A stretch of DNA of 64,000 nucleotides from Pristiophorus japonicus (taxonomy: Eukaryota), in NCBI RefSeq assembly GCF_044704955.1, contig NC_092000.1, positions 2,790,001-2,854,000 of the forward strand, given 5' to 3'. The stretch's first letter is position 1; every line of letters begins with the position of its first letter. The notes under the pieces were generated by a model. The model had not been told where the DNA came from. It saw nothing but the letters and a program-made list of their open reading frames with translations, and searched no databases. Position numbers and translations under genes: made by a program. Below are positions 48,301-60,300 of the stretch, piece after piece.

Positions 48301-51300
48301 AAGGAGCGAAGCCATCATCAGCAGCAGATCCGACTACTGGAGGGTAGGTGGGGGAGGGATCTGGGAAATGTATGTGGTCCAGGCAGGTGGAACAGCAAGG
48401 ACGGGCCGGGCACGGGGGCCGGGCACGGCGGGACGGGGGCCGGGCACGGCGGGACGGGGGCCGGGCACGGCGGGACAGGGGCCGGGCACGGCGGGACAGG
48501 GGTCGGGCACGGCGGGACGGGGGCCGGGCACGGCGAGACAGGGGCCGGGCACGGCGGGACAGGGGTCGGGCACGGCGGGACAGGGGCCGGGCACGGCGGG
48601 ACAGGGCTGGGCACGGCGAGACAGGGGCTGGGCACGGCGGGACAGGGGCCGGGCACGGCGGGACAGGGGTCGGGCACGGCGAGACAGGGGCTGGGCACGG
48701 CGAGACAGGGGCCGGGCACGGCGGGACAGGGGTCGGGCACGGCGAGACAGGGGCCGGGCACGGCGGGACAGGGGTCGGGCACGGCGGGACGGGGGCCGGG
48801 CACGGCGGGATAGGGGCTGGGCACGGCGGGATAGGGGCTGGGCACGGCGGGACTGGAGTGGGGAGGGGGCAGGGTTCAGGAAAGGGCTAAGGTGGTAGCG
48901 GCTTACATATAGAACATAAGAAATAGGAGCCGGAGTAGGCTATTGGTCCCTCGATTCTGCTCCGCCATTCAATAAGATCTGATCTTGGGCTCAGCTCCAC
49001 TTCCCTGCCCGGTCCCCATAACCCTCCACTCCCTTATTGGCTTGTTGGGTACGTTGCCCAGTAATCTCTTGGCCAACTCTAGCACTGCCCAAAGGCTTTT
49101 AAACATCTATTCAATGAGGTCCCAGTAGCTCAGCAGTTAGGCACCCTGCTCAGTGGTACTGAGCCATATGGACCAGGATCATGAGGGGGCTATACATGTT
49201 CCTCCATATTTCTGGTTTAACAAGATGGCAAAACAGCTAGGATTCCTGCTCTTTGCTGGCAGTATATAATTACGGAAATCTGGAAGAACAAGTTCAGGTC
49301 CACCGTCAAAAGCTCATCCAAACTCCATGAAAGGCCACTTGGGTAGTGGGTAATGGGTAGTGGGTAATGGGTAATGGGTAGTGGGTAGTGGGTAATGGGT
49401 AATGGGTAGTGGGTAGTGGGTAATGGGTAGTGGGTAGTGGGTAATGGGTAATGGGTAGTGGGTAGTGGGTAATGGGTAATGGGTAGTGGGTAATGGGTAA
49501 TGGGTAATGGGTAGTGGGTAGTGGGTAATGGGTAGTGGGTAATGGGTAATGGGTAGTGGGTAATGGGTAATGGGTAATGGGTAGTGGGTAGTGGGTAATG
49601 GGTAGTGGGTAGTGGGTAATGGGTAGTGGGTAGTGGGTAGTGGGTAGTGGGTAATGGGTAATGGGTAGTGGGTAATGGGTAATGGGTAGTGGGTAATGGG
49701 TAGTGGGTAATGGGTAATGGGTAGTGGGTAATGGGTAATGGGTAGTGGGTAGTGGGTAATGGGTAGTGGGTAATGGGTAGTGGGTAATGGGTAGTGGGTA
49801 GTGGGTAGTGGGTAATGGGTAGTGGGTAGTGGGTAATGGGTAGTGGGTAGTGGGTAATGGGTAGTGGGTAATGGGTAGTGGGTAGTGGGTAATGGGTAGT
49901 GGGTAATGGGTAATGGGTAGTGGGTAATGGGTAATGGGTAGTGGGTAATGGGTAATGGGTAGTGGGTAGTGGGTAATGGGTAGTGGGTAGTGGGTAGTGG
50001 GTAATGGGTAGTGGGTAGTGGGTAATGGGTAATGGGTAGTGGGTAATGGGTAGTGGGTAATGGGTAATGGGTAGTGGGTAATGGGTAGTGGGTAATGGGT
50101 AGTGGGTAATGGGTAATGGGTAATGGGTAGTGGGTAGTGGGTAATGGGTAGTGGGTAGTGGGTAGTGGGTAATGGGTAATGGGTAGTGGGTAATGGGTAG
50201 TGGGTAGTGGGTAATTGGTAGTGGGTAATGGGTAATGGGTAGTGGGTAATGGGTAGTGGGTAATGGGTAGTGGGTAATGGGTAGTGGGTAGTGGGTAATG
50301 GGTAGTGGGTAGTGGGTAATGGGTAGTGGGTAGTGGGTAGTGGGTAGTGGGTAATGGGTAGTGGGTAATGGGTAATGGGTAATGGGTAGTGGGTAATGGG
50401 TAATGGGTAGTGGGTAATGGGTAGTGGGTAATGGGTAGTGGGTAATGGGTAATGGGTAGTGGGTAATGGGTAATGGGTAGTGGGTAATGGGTAATGGGTA
50501 GTGGGTAGTGGGTAGTGGGTAATGGGTAATGGGTAATGGGTAGTGGGTAATGGGTAATGGGTAGTGGGTAATGGGTAGTGGGTAATGGGTAGTGGGTAAT
50601 GGGTAGTGGGTAGTGGGTAATGGGTAATGGGTAGTGGGTAATGGGTAGTGGGTAGTGGGTAATGGGTAGTGGGTAATGGGTAATGGGTAGTGGGTAATGG
50701 GTAGTGGGTAATGGGTAGTGGGTAATGGGTAGTGGGTAATGGGTAGTGGGTAGTGGGTAATGGGTAGTGGGTAATGGGTAGTGGGTAATGGGTAATGGGT
50801 AGTGGGTAATGGGTAATGGGTAATGGGTAGTGGGTAGTGGGTAGTGGGAGAAATGCTACCCCAGCAACAGTGGAGAGGCAAAGATTAAAGAAAGGACTTG
50901 CATTTATAAATGGCTCCTCTCCCATCATTGAAGCACGTTAGCTCCAATGAAGTACTTCTGAAGTACTGTAGGAAACACAGCAGCCTATTTGAACACAGCA
51001 AGATCCCACAAACATCAATGAAATGAATGACCACATAATTTGTTTTAGTGATGTTAGTTGAGGTTTAAATATTGGCCAGGACACTGGGGAGAACTCTCCT
51101 GCTGTTTTTCGAATACTGTTATGAGAGGGCAGACGGGGCCTCGGTTTAACTTCTCATCCATAAAGATGGCACTCCCTCACTACTGCCCCTCCCACAGTGC
51201 GGCGCTCCCTCAGTACTGCCCCTCCGACAGTGTGGCGCTCCCTCAGTACTGCCCCTCCCACAGTGCGGCGCTCCCTCAGTACTGCCCCTCCCACAGTGCG

Positions 51301-54300
51301 GCGCTCCCTCAGTACTGCCCCTCCCACAGTGCGGCGCTCCCTCAGTACTGCCCCTCCCACAGTGCGGCGCTCCCTCAGTACTGCCCCTCCGACAGTGCGG
51401 CACTCCCTCAGTACTGCCCCTTCGACGCTCCCTCAGTACTGCCCCTCCGACAGTGCGGCTCTCCCTCAGTTCTGCCCCTCCGACAGTGCGGCACTCCCTC
51501 AGTACTGCCCCTCCGACAGTGCGGCTCTCCCTCAGCACTGCCCCTCCGACAGTGCGGCTCTCCCTCAGTACTGCCCCTCTGACAGTGCGGCTCTCCCTCA
51601 GTACTGCCCCTCCGACAGTGCGGCTCTCCCTCAGCACTGCCCCTCTGACAGTGCGGCGCTCCCTCAGTACTGCCCCTCCGACAGTGCGGCTCTCCCTCAG
51701 CACTGCCCCTCCGACAGTGCGGCGCTCCCTCAGTACTGCCCCTCCGACAGTGCGGCTCTCCCTCAGTACTGCTCCTCCGACAGTGCGGCGCTCCCTCAGT
51801 ACTGCACTGGTCTCTTTATTAATTTTATTTTGCCCTCAGACCCAATACTGTGACGGTTGCTCAAAGTCATCCAACCCACCCAGAGAAAAACCTCCTTCTG
51901 ATCCTCTGTCCCTGGTCTGCCCTCAATGCCTCCCCATGGCTGCGATTGTGTGGGAGCTTGAGCCCACGTCCCCATTGGCACGATGCAGCCCAGGGTGCGC
52001 ACTGACAAACTGCGCCACCCACTTGGGATGGCTCCACTTCCCCCACCCGCCCAAAATCCATCCCTCTTGCAGCTGACGGACAGTACGTGCATCTCATCGA
52101 TGAACTCTTTCTGCCTCACACAGCGGAAGTGCGGAGACTGAGCATGTGCAGTAATATTGAAGAGGACAGGATTAATTTGATGATAGACAGAAAGATTGAC
52201 GACTGGAAGAAGGAGCTGTCCTCAAACCTGACCAAAACACAAGAGCTGTCCCAGCTGGTGGTGGACAAGGTGCAGACAACAGAGACCAGCAGCCAGGCGG
52301 AGGAGCTTGCGGCAGAAATACACGAGAGGTAAGCGACGCAGAGAGAGAGACAGAGAAACTTCCATCATAAAAAATATCTTTAGAACTTCTTTAGAGCTCA
52401 ATGAGATCTGATCCCAGGCCTGTGCTAACTGAGCAATCCCCATCAGAGCACAGGCGACTAGAGATTAGCAGGGGAAGGAATATCGGCCAAGAGTCCCCTC
52501 TATCCATGTCCAGTGACCTCTTATGGACACTGGGTGAAAGATAGAAGTAACTTGCATTTATATAGCGCCTTTCACAACCACCGGACGTCCCAAAGCGCTT
52601 TACAGCCAATGAAGTACTTTTGGAGTGTAGTCACTGTTGTCATGTGAAAACGCAGCAGCCAATTTACGCACAGCAAGCTTCCACAAACAGCAATGTGATA
52701 ATGACCAGATGTTTTTTTGTTATGTTGCTTGAGAGATAAATATTGGCCAGGACACCGGGGATAACTCCCCTGCTCTTCTTCCAAATAGTGCCATGGGATC
52801 TTTAAAGTTGTTAAGAGGCCAGTTCGTTGGATATATTCAAAAGGGACTTAGATGTGGCCCTTATGGCTAAAGGGATCAAGGGGTATGGAGAGAAAGCAGG
52901 AAAGGGGTACTGAGGTGAATGATCAGCCACGATCATATTGAATGGTGGTGCAGGCTCGAAGGGCCGAATGGCCTACTCCTGCACCTATTTTCTATGTTTC
53001 TATGTTAACGTCCACCTGAGAGTAGACGGGGCCTCGGTTTAACTCCTCATCCTGGAGTGTCAGCCTAGATTTTTGTGCTCGAGTCTGGAGTGGGACTCGA
53101 GCCCACAAACCTTCTGACTCAGAGGCGAGAGTCCACTGACCCACTGGCTGACATGGTGAGCTGAATGGCCATTTCTTGCTCTGGATTTTCTGTTCTTAAA
53201 AACTTGCCCAGCCCATCTGAGGGGAGAGAGGGAGGTGGTCGGCTCAGCTGTGGAGATGTGCCCAGACAGGAACCTGAAGCCCTGCTGATTGAATCTGCAG
53301 ATTCAGAGAAAAGATGGGTGAAATTTACAACAGTTAAATGTGGATCAGTCTGAATTGAAGTAAAGTCGCCGGAGCGACATGTTAATGATCTGGTGCCACA
53401 CGGGTGGGGGCTTATCCTCCACGTGCTGCAGGTGGAATCAAATGCTGCCTGGAGTTGTCAGAATCAGGGTTGATTAACCGAGTTCTTTCTGTCTCTTGCA
53501 GCAAAAAGTTTCTATGGGAAGAATGTGAATCATTGCGGAAAGAAATAGAGCAAATTAATCGAAAGCTAAGTCAGTATCCTTTACCTGCTTCTGTTGGGAT
53601 GGGCACTGGGCTGATACACTCGACAAATGCCACGCTGGGGTTTGGTACCAACAGGGTAATGCCAGGCTAGGGTTTGGTACCAACAGGGTAATGCCACGCT
53701 GGGGTTTGGTACCAACAGGGTAATGCCAGTTTGGGGTTTGGTACCAACAGGGAAATGCCAGTTTGGGGTTTGGTACCAACAGGGTAATGCCAGTTTGGGG
53801 TTTGGTACCAACAGGGAAATGCCAGTTTGGGGTTTGGTACCAACAGGGTAATGCCAGTTTGGGGTTTGGTACCAACAGGGTAATGCCACGCTGGGGTTTG
53901 GTACCAACAGGGTAATGCCAGGCTAGGGTTTGGTACCAACAGGGTAATGCCAGGCTGGGGTTTGGTACCAACAGGGTAATGCCAGGCTAGGGTTTGGTAC
54001 CAACAGGGTAATGCCACGCTGGGGTTTGGTACCAACAGGGTAATGCCAGTTTGGTACCAACAGGGTAATGCCAGTTTGGTACCAACAGGGTAATGCCAGT
54101 TTGGTACCAATAGGTAATGCCACGCTGGGGTTCGGTACCAACAGGGTAGTGCCAAGTTAGGGTTTGGTACCAACAGGGTAATGCCAGTTTGGGGTTTGGT
54201 ACCAATAGGGTAAAGCCAGGCTAAGGTTCGGTACCAACAGTTGGAAAGGTTCAGGATATGTTAATTCTGTAATCATTCAGATAAACAAACATTTTAGAGG

Positions 54301-57300
54301 ACAACTGACCTCGAAGATATCCTCAATTTAATGTTGTCTCGTTCTGCCCGTTCTGTTTAAAATAAAAGGAATTGGGCTGCCAACCGCCCACTGTCGGGCT
54401 GCACCTTACAAGGTGCAAACACACTGCAGGATTGAAAGCAAGTCTGAAGCAGTGTGTCAACTTCATTTGAAAAAGGTATTAGGGGTGAAACTGATCTCGG
54501 GCTTTGGAGCAAACCGAGTGATTCGCTATCGCCCCGCTTCAGGCTACTGCCGACCAATTTCACCCCATTAGTGTGTTAGTTTGTGTAATTATATCGACTT
54601 AAAGGGGCAGGGGATTGCTGAGAAGTTAAAGGACATGCCCCCTCTTCAGCTGAAAAATAGGAATGCAGCTCCCTGGAAGTGCTGCTGAGTGGGCAAGTGG
54701 CCAGTGTGGAACCGAGTCCCACGGATGAGGAGGGCCGTAGGCTGATCTGCTCTTAGCGAGGGTGAAGGTGGAGCATTTTTGTTGGTTGCAGCATCCCCGA
54801 ACTAGAGAGAGGGAATAAAGGGGCCACAAATTCCGCACCTGCCCCCCAAATCAGACAGCACATGTGGTTATTGGGCGAGGACAGAATTGGCTTCGGTTGT
54901 GATGCTCCCCAAGGTCAAATATCATGCTTAATTGGGCAGCAGTCCTCCGGGAGCCATATTCTATTAATCAGCACGAGGGAGGTGGGGGGGGGGGAGGGGG
55001 GAGAGAGAGGAAGTATATAAAAAGGACACTGAGTGTGTCCCGAGTGCGAATCCAGCCCCAAGTAGTTGGATGAAATGAGGTTAGAGCAGCCTTATGATTA
55101 CTGGTCTCTGTGTGCATTCTGTGCCATCTCGGGATGTCCTGTCAGGCAGAGGAGGAACTGGGCAAATGTTCGGTCTTTTCACCAGAAAAAAAGAGCAAAT
55201 GTCCTCGGGCCGCTCCCACTTATCCTCCCACCTGCCCAGGTGGCCATTCACTTGGGAGAATTGTGGGTGACCCACGTAAACAGAGAGAGACTGGGAATAA
55301 AAGGGAAGTAAATTAAACAGCTTGCCACCTTTTTGATTGCAGCTATTCAAGAGGACGATCTGTTAAGTAGCTTGACGGATTGTAAGATACTCAGGCAGAA
55401 CCAAAAGAAATATAACCAGGTACAGCAACAAGGCACTGAACTCACTTTGCTCTTTATTCTGTTGTCTGTAAATGCCGACAGGTTGCTGTTCAATTGCTGC
55501 ACGAGCTTCTTGCAATCCAAGTATTTGCCTCGCACGTCTGCTTACTGCAGGAGGAGATATTTCCTTCTGTCTTCTCGCCGATTTTAACATTGAGTTTTTG
55601 ACCATTCCTTGGTCAAGCAGCAGTACAGCACTGTACCATATCCTGCTTGTGCAGAACCATAGGTCTGACTCCCAGCCTGACCATTACGTGCTAGAATGAA
55701 TTAAACCACCATGGCCAATCCAGCTACAGTGAATCTCTGTGCTTTCTATCGCAATTACACTGTGTCCCATCCATAAATTCTCCATTATACTGGGAGTGCT
55801 GTCCCAGGAAAGCTCCTGATGTGCTTCTGTGCAATGTGAGTATCCCATTCGTACTGCAGCTCCCACAGACACAGAACTGTCAGAAAGAAGACTTACATTT
55901 ATATAGCGCCTTTCATGACCACCGGACGCTTCGAAGCACTTTACAGCCAATGAAGTACTTTTGGAGTGCAGTCACTGTTGTAATGTGGGAAATGCTGCAG
56001 CCAATTTGCGCACAGCAAGCTCCCACAACCAGCAATGTGATAATGACCAGATAATCTGTTTTTTGTGATGTTGATTGAGGGATAAATATTGGCCCCAGGT
56101 CACTAGGGATAACTCCCCTGCTCTTCTTCGAAATACTGCCCTTCTTCGAAATACTGCCCTGGGAGGGCAGACAGGACCTCAGTTTAACGTTTCATCTGCA
56201 AGATGGCACCTCAGATTGTGCAGCGCTCCCTCAGCACCGCACTGGAGTGTCAGCCTAAATTTATGTGCTTAAGATCCTGGAGTGGGACGTGAACCCGTAA
56301 CCTTCTGACTCAGAGACAAGTTTGCTGCCCGCTGAGCCACAGCTTTTGATGTCAAGAAGTTCAAGTAAACAGTGAGGGACCAATTAAGTGCGAGTGTCCA
56401 ATCAGGCAAGGATTTAAACCACAGGGCTTAACTCACGGGAATCCAACACTGTACAGCTGAGCGGTCACTCTCTCTGAACTGAAGTCTAGGTCACTTCTCT
56501 GAGAGGTACTGGGACCTCAGTAGGAGTGCAGTACTCTCCTTGAGGCACCAGGGTCCCTGAAGGGTATTTAGACCGTTGTAGGTCTGCAGTGTTTCTTTGA
56601 TAATAGAATGGGTCACTCCTGCAGATTCTGCTAATGACGCTCATTGTTCAACATGGCTCAAATAATCCCAACTCTCCTTTCAGTGAGGCAGAATGGAAAT
56701 AATACTGAGAAAGAACGGACGAAAATGTTCTCTGCCTTTTCCTCCTCACCTCAGGTCATAGGGCCAGCAGAACCTCCATTATTGCCCCCCCCCCCCCCCC
56801 CCATGTCCAGACAGGGGCCACGGAAGTGATCAGGAGTGTGAACCCTGGCTGATACTGGATTGCCCTCTCTGTCCCTCGGTCAAGGACACAAAGCGGCTGT
56901 AGCGTTCCCACCGCTGTTACCAGCGAACTCAGCACTGAACGGACTGTTTAATAGAAGCAGTGCACATCGGTGACAGCTTATGCTGTTGTCTCACGGCTGG
57001 CATCAGACACTGTCAAAGTAACTTCTTGTGTTCTTTGCCCCCACCCAGATTCTAGAGAGACTAATACAAAGATGCAGACAAGTACAGTCACTGGATCCTG
57101 AACAGGAGCTGAAAGACATTAAGTACGTGGAAGAGAAACAGGCTGTAAGGCAGCGAATGTGAGAGTGAGGGTGGACACAATGATGTGAGAAAGGACTGAC
57201 CGATGGTAAATGCACTGCCTGGGGCGATACTGATCCCGCCTCGCAATCAGCCAGGACTCCTGCTCATTACTATCCACTGAGCTTTGCTGGGATGTGAGGA

Positions 57301-60300
57301 GAGGATTGGGCTTGGCTGTTATCCCAAGGTTAAATATTCTGCTGGCACTCACTGTCCAGGGTCACACACTGAGAACGGCCTCTCGGTGAGGAACCAGTGA
57401 GAGTCAGCATCCTCGGGGGGGGGGGAGGGAAGAGAGAGGGTGGGAGGGGGACTGGAACAAACAAACAAGAAAATAAATGGTGAGGGATGGAGTGAACGCG
57501 AGGAGTAGAGTGATAGTGAGAGTAAGGGATGGAGTAAGAATGAGGATGGAGTGATAGCGAGAGTAAGGGATGGAGTGAGAATGAGGATGGAGTGATAGTG
57601 AGAGTAAGGGATGAAGTGAGAATGAGTATGGAGTGATAGTGAGAGTGAGGGATGGAGTGAGAAGGTGAAGAGTAGAGTGATAGTGAGAGTGAGGGATGGA
57701 GTGAGAATGAGGATGGAGTGATAGTGAGAGTAAGGGATGAAGTGAGAATGAGTATGGAGTGATAGTGAGAATGAGTATGGAGTGATAGTGAGAGTGAGGG
57801 ATGGAGTGAGTGAAGGTGAAGAGTAGAGTGATAGTGAGAGTGAGGGATGGAGTGAGAGTGAACGCAAGGAGTAGAGTGAGTGAGTGAGTGTGACCCTAGT
57901 CAGGTCTGAACCGTTTCTGTTCCCCTTTGTGTTTCCTCACAGGTTAGCAATGGTTGATATGCAGGAGCAGATTCAGAACCTTTTTTATTCTAGCAAACAG
58001 AACAATACCATTGCCAAGATTAAGAGAGGTCAGTGTGAACAGCACAGATTCTAGGGTTTGTTTTTGTAATGTGCACCGTGAGATCCCTCTCATTAGAATG
58101 GGAAGACTGAAACCAACACAAAATGCAAACACACCCACAATGTATTTATGCTCCAAGTCAATGAATGTTTATGTTGTGGCTGCACGCTCCCTAATCCTTA
58201 TGCTAATCCCCGTTCTCGGATCTCCCCACACCTGACCAATGCTCCAACGTTGTTCCCAAAAGGAGTAACCACCATCTATACTCTCTGTGGGCCCAATGTT
58301 TGATTCAGATTCTGTTTTTAGTTGGGTGGGAGGATAAAAGCTCGCTCTAAAACCAGCAAGAGATATATTCCCAGTGTTGGCATGGTTAGTTACTGGTGTC
58401 TCATGACAGCCTGGGCTATCTTTGATCACGACTAGAATACTGGTCCCTAACCAGTTGGCCTTCAACAACGTGTATTTATGTAGCGCCTTTAACGTAGTGA
58501 AACAGCTCAAGCCGCTTCACAGGAGTGTTATGAGATAAAAAATTAGAAATTAGAAATTTCAAGCAAGTAGAAATTAGTGCAGGTGACCAAAAGCTTGATC
58601 AAAGAGGTAGGTTTTAAGGAGTGGATTGAAGGAGAGAGAGGTAGAGAGGCGGAGAGGTTTAGGCAGGGAGTTCCAGAGCTTGGGGCCCAGGCAACAGAAG
58701 GCACGGCCACCAATGGCTGAACGATTATAATCGGGGATGCTCAGGAGGGCAGAATTAGAGGATTGCAGACATCTCAGGGGAGGGGGACGCGGTGGGGGTT
58801 GTGGGGCTGGAGGAGATTACAGAAATCCGGGGGGGCGAGTCCATGGAGGGACTTGAAACTAAGGATGAGAATTTTGAAATCGAGGCATTGCTTAACCGGA
58901 AGCCGATGTAGATCAGCGAGCACAGGAGTGATGGGTGAACGGGACTTGGTGCGAGTTAGGACACGGGGCAGTGAGCACAGGGGGTGATGGGTGAGCGGGA
59001 CTGGGTGCGAGTTAGGACACGGGGTCAGTGAGCACAGGAGTGATGGGTGAACGGGACTTGGTGCGAGTTAGGACACGGGGCAGTGAGCACAGGGGGTGAT
59101 GGGTGAGTGGGACTTGGTGCGAGTTAGGACACGGGGCAGTGAGCACAGGAGTGATGGGTGAGCGGGACTTGGTGCGAGTTAGGACACGGGGCAGTGAGCA
59201 CAGGGGGTGATATGTGAGCGGGACTTGGTGCGAGTTAGGACACGAGGCAGCGAGCACAGGGGGTGATAGGTGAGCGGGACTTGGTGCGAGTTAGGACACG
59301 AGGCAGCGAGCACAGGGGGTGATGGGTGAGCGGGACTTGGTGCGAGTTAGGACACGAGGCAGCGAGCACAGGGGGCGATGGGTGAGCGGGACTTGGTGCG
59401 AGTTAGGACACAGGTCAACGAGTACAGGGGGCGATGGGTGAGCGGGACTTGGTGCGAGTTAGGACACGGGGCAGTGAGCACAGGGGGCGATGGGCGAGCG
59501 GGATTTGGTGCGAGTTAGGACACGGGTCAACAAGTACAGGGGGTGATGGGTGAGCGGGACTTGGTGCGAGTTAGGTCATGGGCAGTCGAGTTTTGGATCA
59601 CCTCTAGTTTACGTAGAATAGAATGCGGGAGGCCAGCCAGAAGTGTGTTGGAACAGTCAAGTCTAGAGGTAACAAGTTCCATGAGGGAACCAGAAAAACG
59701 TAAGTCACTGCCCTGCCCTCTCGCTCTATACCCAGTGGGAGCTATAACCATTTGTGTCATTGCCTCCCTTCACATTTCAGTTTACAGAACAATTGCCAGG
59801 TGGCTCAGTGGGTGAGGGCACTGCCCGATGTGGTGGCACTGAGCCACATGGATCAGGATGATCCAAGACTTCAGCACTGACGTGGTGTGCTGAGCCATCA
59901 GGGGAACACAACATTGAGGTGTATGGGGCAATTCACTGAAATAATGAGAACGTTGTGTGGGATGCAGACCTATGTGGCACCATGGAGCGCCGCAATGTTA
60001 ATGATACTTAAGAGCAGTCAGCGGTAACGCGAGTCAATTAGTCATCTGCCCCCTTCCTGAGCAAATAACCAATATAATGAGTATGTTAGGGCCATTACTA
60101 ATGGACTCATTCTTTGTCTTCGACAGGTAGAAGTATTGAGTGCGCAAGGAAAGAGCTGATGCTGAAACAAACGTCCAATGCCTCAGATTCTGATGTGAGT
60201 TATAGAAAAGATTTGGATTTATATAGCACCTTTCACAACCACCGGACGTCCTAAAGTGCTTTACAGCCAATGAAGTACTTTTTGGAGTGTAGTCACTGTT

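Noticed and set aside
48295-48898. Gly-rich or Pro/Cys-rich (cornifin-like) ORFs
   Set aside because: Translation of the 21-bp minisatellite read through the exon 4 donor.
49341-50848. Interstitial telomere or chromosome-fusion scar
   Set aside because: The unit is GGGTA(A/G)T rather than TTAGGG, there is no head-to-head inversion, and it lies inside a continuous gene.
49217-50928. 540-554 aa THYPLP(I/T) ORFs
   Set aside because: Translation of the heptamer satellite, open in all minus-strand frames.
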